From NCBI GenBank assembly GCA_038280095.1, contig JAYPYG010000003.1, positions 5,049-69,048 on the forward strand: a stretch of DNA of 64,000 nt. The letters run 5' to 3'. A program made the translations under genes and the position numbers. The stretch is from Fidelibacterota bacterium (GTDB lineage Bacteria > Fidelibacterota > Marinisomatia > Marinisomatales > Marinisomataceae). The notes under the pieces are model-generated. The model saw only the letters and a list, made by a program, of their open reading frames with translations, was not told the origin of the DNA and made no database searches. Positions 58,948 through 64,000 of the stretch are shown here, in pieces (position 1 is the stretch's first letter; the number at the start of each line of letters is the position of its first letter).

Positions 58948-59885
58948 ATAAGTCCTATAAAAACTAGTAAAATTATTAGTAACAATAATTGTAATGATAA
59001 GTTATTAATAACAATTGAATGTGCATACATATTGAAGTGGCGAGTTGCTATATCATTAAAGTCAAACTCCCAATAAATAGTGTTATCGAGTTCACTTATA
59101 AATGTAGCATTGGTGTTTCTCAAATCTCCTGGAATCGCAACACTAAAAGTGAAACCGTCTAACATTAAATTGGTATTTTTTTCAAATTCTTTTTCTAAAT
59201 CATCTATAATTAATGTCATATCTGAAAAAAAGTTTTTTGGTAGTCGACGCTTCATTGGTGACAAGGCATCAATAAATATTTCAGAAGATTTTCTGCTAAA
59301 TTCTTTTTCGTAATCTTTTTCTTCTATATATGAGATATATGAATCAATTTGATTATCTATTCTATCAAAAATAATTTTATCAATCGTGTTTTTTTCTTGG
59401 AATACTTTTATGCTTTCAGAAAAAATATATCTCTTTGCGGGTACTAACCACGATAAATCATCTTCATCTATATCTAAATAGTTTACTATTTCTGGATATT
59501 TTAAATCAATTTCTAGATCTTTGATATTTGATTGAAATGTATACGAATCCCAAAAAAAATATGAATTTCTGGACACGTCTATATCATATTGAAGGTTAGA
59601 AGAATTAGTAAAAGTTAATTTTGTTCTAGTTGGTGAGGATAAAATGGTTTCTTTTTCCCATATATTCTCTGTACCACTTTCATTTGTTTGACGTAATGAA
59701 GTTATCCAGTTATGTTTATCATTACTTGTAGGGTGTATAAAGTCACTATCAAGCAAATCATTCTTATGGCCTATAGAGTTATATTTTACTGAAAAGCTTC
59801 CATTATCAAAAATTTGTATATGGACTAAGTTTTCAACACAAGAGACCAAAAAAAATCCTAGAAAAAATAAAATTTTTCTAGGCAT
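58920..59885 (-). CDS. hypothetical protein with N-terminal lipobox and C-terminal TM helix
   Basis: FFLVSC|VEN lipobox and C-terminal LSLQLLLLIILLVFIGLIW KIRLKKE. No family recognised. It overlaps ligA by 28 nt and pepP by 1 nt. Confidence 0.5.
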   Translation of the reverse strand: MPRKILFFLGFFLVSCVENLVHIQIFDNGSFSVKYNSIGHKNDLLDSDFIHPTSNDKHNWITSLRQTNESGTENIWEKETILSSPTRTKLTFTNSSNLQYDIDVSRNSYFFWDSYTFQSNIKDLEIDLKYPEIVNYLDIDEDDLSWLVPAKRYIFSESIKVFQEKNTIDKIIFDRIDNQIDSYISYIEEKDYEKEFSRKSSEIFIDALSPMKRRLPKNFFSDMTLIIDDLEKEFEKNTNLMLDGFTFSVAIPGDLRNTNATFISELDNTIYWEFDFNDIATRHFNMYAHSIVINNLSLQLLLLIILLVFIGLIWKIRLKKE

Positions 59886-60973
59886 TATGAAATTACTTGA
59901 AATTCTTTAGAAGTTTTATTGAGGATTTCAGCTCCATTTTTTGTAACGATAATGTCATCTTCAATTCTTACACCACCAATATCTGGTACATAAATTCCCG
60001 GCTCAACTGTCATTACGTAGTTTTCTTCAAGAACATCTTCACTTACTTTGCTAAACCTTGGGTCTTCGTGAATTTCCAACCCTAAAGAATGTCCTAGGCC
60101 ATGATCAAAAAATTTACTATATCCTGCATTTGCTATATGATCTCTTGCAATAGAATCAATAGACTTACAAGACATTCCAGATTTTATTCCTTCAATACTT
60201 TTAACTTGGGCATTTAAAACAATATCATAAATTGATTTTTGCTCATCTGAATATCCTTTTGTTGCGAATGATCTAGTCATATCAGCGTGATATCCTGCAA
60301 ACTTTGCACCTGAATCAATAACTAACAATTCACCTGGTCCAATTTTTCTATCTGTCGGTTTATGGTGAGGCTTAGCTGAATTTGGCCCTGTACCCACTAT
60401 AGCGGCAAATGCGTCGGAATCAGAATCTCCATACTTTCTATATAAAAATGATAATTGATTTGCTATGACCTTTTCTTCAACTCCAATTTTTACCATTGGC
60501 AACACTTCAGCAAACGCCTTATCTGTAATTTCAACAGCCGTTCTAATTGCTTCTAACTCTTTTTCATCCTTTGACATAGCCATTTTTTCTATAATTCCAG
60601 TAATATTTTTCAGATTTATATCAGACAAAGCTTTTGACAATTGCTGGTAGCCCTGGTGACTTACATTATTTCCATCAAAACCTATACTTTGACCGCTATT
60701 TAATAGATTTTGTTTTTTAATAACCTCATAGTGAGGGATACTGTCTATGATAACTTTTGCTCCCTTGACTTCTTTTTCTGATTGCACAACGTATCTTCCA
60801 TCCGTAATAAAATGTACTTGATCTACTGTAATTAATAATGTTGCGCTTGATCCAGTAAAACCACATAAATACCTAATGTGCGTTAAATTAGTTACAATCA
60901 TTCCATCAAGATTTTTCGTTGCAAGCTTATCAATTAATATATGTTGTCTTCTTTGAAAATATTCAATGCTCAT
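59885..60973 (-). CDS. pepP: Xaa-Pro aminopeptidase/dipeptidase (M24B)
   Basis: Creatinase-like N-domain. Metal ligands in DSGAKFAGYHADMTR, HGLGHSLGLEIHE, and EPGIY...GVRIED. Confidence 0.88.
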   Translation of the reverse strand: MSIEYFQRRQHILIDKLATKNLDGMIVTNLTHIRYLCGFTGSSATLLITVDQVHFITDGRYVVQSEKEVKGAKVIIDSIPHYEVIKKQNLLNSGQSIGFDGNNVSHQGYQQLSKALSDINLKNITGIIEKMAMSKDEKELEAIRTAVEITDKAFAEVLPMVKIGVEEKVIANQLSFLYRKYGDSDSDAFAAIVGTGPNSAKPHHKPTDRKIGPGELLVIDSGAKFAGYHADMTRSFATKGYSDEQKSIYDIVLNAQVKSIEGIKSGMSCKSIDSIARDHIANAGYSKFFDHGLGHSLGLEIHEDPRFSKVSEDVLEENYVMTVEPGIYVPDIGGVRIEDDIIVTKNGAEILNKTSKEFQVIS

Positions 60974-60981
60974 TTTAACCC

Positions 60982-61392
60982 CTACAAATTGTCTAGTATG
61001 TTTTGTGCTTTATTTTGCTCATTCTTATTTTTTGAATGACTAATTATCAAACGAAGGTTTTTCATTGCCTGCGTTTTTTTCCCTTGAGAAATCATAAGCT
61101 TGATTAGAGAAAGTGTGACTAATTCTGGTTTTTTAGAAACTCTTTTTTTAGCACTTACTACAGGCTTATGCTTTATTGATAAATCTGGATCAAGCCTTTT
61201 TAATTCTTTATAAATGATATTTTTCTTTTTTGAATTTGTCTTATCATAGATTTCATAAAGCATCAAGTACGCAGATAAAAAATCTTTATCATGTTTTATA
61301 ACTTCGTTAAGTAGATTTTTAGATTCTGTGAATTGTGAAATATCAAAAGCTTTTTTTGCTTTAATAAATGTATTGGTAATGTTTGATATCAT
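60982..61392 (-). CDS. hypothetical basic helical protein
   Basis: 136 aa, Lys-rich, with an N-terminal TPR-like helix pair. 4-nt overlap with the upstream B12-domain gene. No family recognised. Confidence 0.4.
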   Translation of the reverse strand: MISNITNTFIKAKKAFDISQFTESKNLLNEVIKHDKDFLSAYLMLYEIYDKTNSKKKNIIYKELKRLDPDLSIKHKPVVSAKKRVSKKPELVTLSLIKLMISQGKKTQAMKNLRLIISHSKNKNEQNKAQNILDNL

Positions 61393-61799
61393 CTTCTATG
61401 CTCTTTGACCCAACTTTCAATATAGTCAAGTGACTCTTTTACCGGAGTACCTGGACCGAAGAGCTTCCCAACTCCTAAACTAGATAATTCCTCAGCATCT
61501 TCCTCTGGTATAATTCCACCACCTGTTACTAGAACGTTATTCAAATTATTTTCTTTTATAAGCTCCATCACTTTTGAAAAAATTGTCATATGTGCACCTG
61601 AAAGTATTGAAAGAGCAATTACATCAACACCTTCTTGAATTGCAACTTTGACAACGCTTTCTGGTGTTTGTCTAAGTCCTAGATAGATGACATCCATACC
61701 TGCATCTCTGTAAGCAGCCGCAAGGACTTTAATTCCGCGGTCATGACCATCTAGTCCTGGTTTTGCCATTAATATTCTAATTGGTGGATTTATTTTCAT
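61389..61799 (-). CDS. cobalamin-binding domain protein (methylmalonyl-CoA-mutase small subunit type)
   Basis: RILMAKPGLDGHDRGIKVLAAAYRDAGMDVIYLG contains the DxHxxG B12-binding motif, plus the SILSGAH and GGGIIP motifs of mutase B12 domains. 136 aa. Confidence 0.85.
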   Translation of the reverse strand: MKINPPIRILMAKPGLDGHDRGIKVLAAAYRDAGMDVIYLGLRQTPESVVKVAIQEGVDVIALSILSGAHMTIFSKVMELIKENNLNNVLVTGGGIIPEEDAEELSSLGVGKLFGPGTPVKESLDYIESWVKEHRR

Positions 61800-61809
61800 A
61801 CCTTACAAT

Positions 61810-64000
61810 TTAATCAATCCAAACGTTTGATTCCCCTAATAAATCTCTTAATAAAATTAAAAATTGATTGTTATTTGATACCTTAATCTTCTTTGAAATA
61901 ATTTTTCTTTCCTGGCCGTTTTCTCCTGGAATATGCACTACAAAAGAATGATCTCCCTTATTTTGATTTGCTAACTCAACAATATCGTTCATTAAATCTT
62001 TTGATGAATTTTTTGGCAATCTGATATTTACCTCATTTAATTTTAAAACCTTCATGGCGTGATTGATGGGAACGACTTCATCGACAATTAATTTTAGATC
62101 GGCAAAGTCGTTTTGCGTAGAAGTGTGACCTACTAAAAATACTATGTTATTATCTTTAATAATTTCTTTAAACTTATCAAAAGCATCATGAAATATAATT
62201 GCCTCAGCTTGTCCTCCTAGACAATCTAAATTAAAAAAGGCCATCTGCTGATTTTTTTTATCAAAGTGTAGTTTAAAGTTTGTTATAGCACCACCAATTT
62301 TTACAACAGAATTCTCTTTTAATATTCTTTCTTCTGAAAAGTCGTAATTGCTTAATTCTTCAATGGTATCTGCGTATTTAATTAATGGGTTTCCTGAAAC
62401 ATAAATTCCAAGCACTTCTTTTTCTTTTGATAGCTTCTCCTGATTCTCCCAATCTTCAATGATTGGCAAATCAGGTACTTTAATTAATTCTTCTTGATCG
62501 CCAAATAAATTAATTTGGTTTTTATTAGATTGTTTATCTACTTGGTTCCCATAGTTTATTGCTAAATCTACTGCTTCAAATAATTGTGCACGATTTTTGT
62601 TCAACGAATCAAATGCCCCAGCAAGAATTAAGCTTTCTAATACTTTTTTATTTACAAGCCTTTGGTCTACCTTAGAAATAAAATCAAAAATAGATTTAAA
62701 TTTCCCATGCTTACTTCTCACTTCGATACACTGCTCTAGGGCTTTTACTCCAACATTTTTTACTGCATTTAATCCGAATGAGATTTCTTTATCATTTAAT
62801 GGTTCAAAATTAATTCCAGATTTGTTGATATCAGGCGCATGAACCTTAATATTTAATTTTCGGCACTCATTGATTAAGACAACGACTTTATTTGTGTTAT
62901 TCATCTCACTTGTTAAGTTTGCTGACATAAATTCTGCAGTATAGTGTGTTTTCAGCCATCCTGTTTGATAGGCTATGTATGAATATGCTACAGAATGGCT
63001 TTTGTTAAAACCGTATTGAGCAAATTTATCTATTAATTCAAAAATCTGTTTTGCTTTTGCTTTTGATAAACCATTTTTTATAGCACCTTTAACAAACTTA
63101 TCTGCCATTTTATCCATTAATGAACGAATCTTTTTACCAATTGCACGCCTCATTTCATCCGCTTCAGACAACGTAAATCCTGCGATAATATTCGCAATCT
63201 GCATTACCTGCTCTTGATAAACTATAATTCCATATGTTTCTTTTAATGCTTCCTCTAATAATGGATGAACATATTCAACTTTTTCTTTTCCATGTGCGCG
63301 TTTAATATATCGATCAATGTTTTGCATTGGACCTGGTCTATACAATGCATTCATTGCAATTAAACCATCTATACTTTTTGGTTGTAGTTTCTTAAGAAAT
63401 TCTCTCATACCTGCTGATTCAAATTGAAAAATTCCTACTGTAAGACCTTTTGCGAATAGCTTATAGACTTTCGGATCTTCCATATCAATTTTGTCTATAT
63501 CTATATCTTCGTTAAATCTTTTTTTGATTAAATCTATTGTTTTATCAATTACTGTTAAATTTCTTAGGCCAAGAAAATCCATTTTTAGCAACCCAATTGA
63601 TTCAAGCTCCTTCATATCATACTGAGTGGTTACATCGCCCTGAGAAGATCTGTAAAGGGGAACAAAGTCCGTTAAATCCCCAGGTGCAACTACAACACCA
63701 GCAGCGTGGATAGAGGCATGTCTTGTCATACCTTCTAAAACTTTAGCATTATCAATTAATTCTTTATAATTGGTTTGTGAAACAGTTCTTAAATCCGAAT
63801 TTTGTTTTAGTGCTTGATCTAGAGTTACTTTTGGACCTTCAGGAATCATCTTAGCTATCTTATCAACTTCTGAATATGAATAGCTCATAACTCTTCCTAC
63901 ATCTCTTATTACTGCACGAGCATTCATTTTCCCAAAAGTAATAATTTGAGTTACAGAGTCTTCGCCATAAATACTTTTTAAATAATCTATAACCTGTCCT
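61810..64000 (-). CDS. dnaE: DNA polymerase III alpha subunit (C-terminal ~730 aa; 5' end outside the window)
   Basis: The frame stays open to the window edge (...VTQIITFGKMNARAVIRDVGRV). HASIHAAGVVV, FLGLRNLT, and KSHSVAYSYIAYQTAW-like motifs, with an OB-fold region near the C-terminus. Confidence 0.92.
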   Translation of the reverse strand, partial: GQVIDYLKSIYGEDSVTQIITFGKMNARAVIRDVGRVMSYSYSEVDKIAKMIPEGPKVTLDQALKQNSDLRTVSQTNYKELIDNAKVLEGMTRHASIHAAGVVVAPGDLTDFVPLYRSSQGDVTTQYDMKELESIGLLKMDFLGLRNLTVIDKTIDLIKKRFNEDIDIDKIDMEDPKVYKLFAKGLTVGIFQFESAGMREFLKKLQPKSIDGLIAMNALYRPGPMQNIDRYIKRAHGKEKVEYVHPLLEEALKETYGIIVYQEQVMQIANIIAGFTLSEADEMRRAIGKKIRSLMDKMADKFVKGAIKNGLSKAKAKQIFELIDKFAQYGFNKSHSVAYSYIAYQTGWLKTHYTAEFMSANLTSEMNNTNKVVVLINECRKLNIKVHAPDINKSGINFEPLNDKEISFGLNAVKNVGVKALEQCIEVRSKHGKFKSIFDFISKVDQRLVNKKVLESLILAGAFDSLNKNRAQLFEAVDLAINYGNQVDKQSNKNQINLFGDQEELIKVPDLPIIEDWENQEKLSKEKEVLGIYVSGNPLIKYADTIEELSNYDFSEERILKENSVVKIGGAITNFKLHFDKKNQQMAFFNLDCLGGQAEAIIFHDAFDKFKEIIKDNNIVFLVGHTSTQNDFADLKLIVDEVVPINHAMKVLKLNEVNIRLPKNSSKDLMNDIVELANQNKGDHSFVVHIPGENGQERKIISKKIKVSNNNQFLILLRDLLGESNVWID

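Overview
This is a 64-kb chromosomal segment from a very AT-rich, extremely compact bacterial genome. I call 51 protein-coding genes (dnaE is cut by the window edge), two tRNAs (Phe-GAA, Lys-UUU) and one tmRNA. By my own tally of the coordinates below, only about 1.1 kb (~2%) lies outside a called gene. Many neighbouring genes overlap by 1-28 nt, and several convergent pairs share or abut their stop codons. The content is mostly housekeeping. Translation: rpmA, hisS, glyQS, argS, mnmA, rsfS, ssrA. DNA: topA, ligA, dnaE, rdgB. Central metabolism: mdh, gcvP, carAB, ggt. There is also an envelope and transport set: a 2030-aa SprA/Sov-type T9SS translocon, an LptD/OstA-like protein, an OMF-MFP-RND efflux trio, a TonB-dependent receptor with a carboxypeptidase-regulatory N-domain, an ABC-2 exporter, and an azurin-like lipoprotein next to an FTR1 iron permease. 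The T9SS gene, the SusC-style receptor architecture and the Gln(+1) signal peptides point to the FCB superphylum. Clear Shine-Dalgarno sites argue against Bacteroidia/Flavobacteriia proper, so a Marinimicrobia-like streamlined marine lineage is my inference only. I see no CRISPR, IS element, integrase, prophage, toxin-antitoxin or recognisable defence genes, and no island at the tRNA or tmRNA loci. I do not see a clear-cut novel multi-gene system. The best leads are: (1) the rdgB-sprA-(glutaminyl-cyclase-like M28)-EEP-TPR operon, together with pervasive Gln(+1) signal peptides; (2) a minimal azurin-like lipoprotein + FTR1 module with a palindromic operator-like site; (3) a single TonB-receptor gene that is a compositional outlier (45-48% vs 25-30% G+C in spot counts); (4) a perfect 28-nt all-AT palindrome abutting the putative topA promoter; (5) a tmRNA whose tag appears to end in AFA rather than LAA; (6) two tRNAs placed 10 and 26 nt upstream of protein-coding genes. 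All functional calls rest on motif recognition by eye and no database search was possible.
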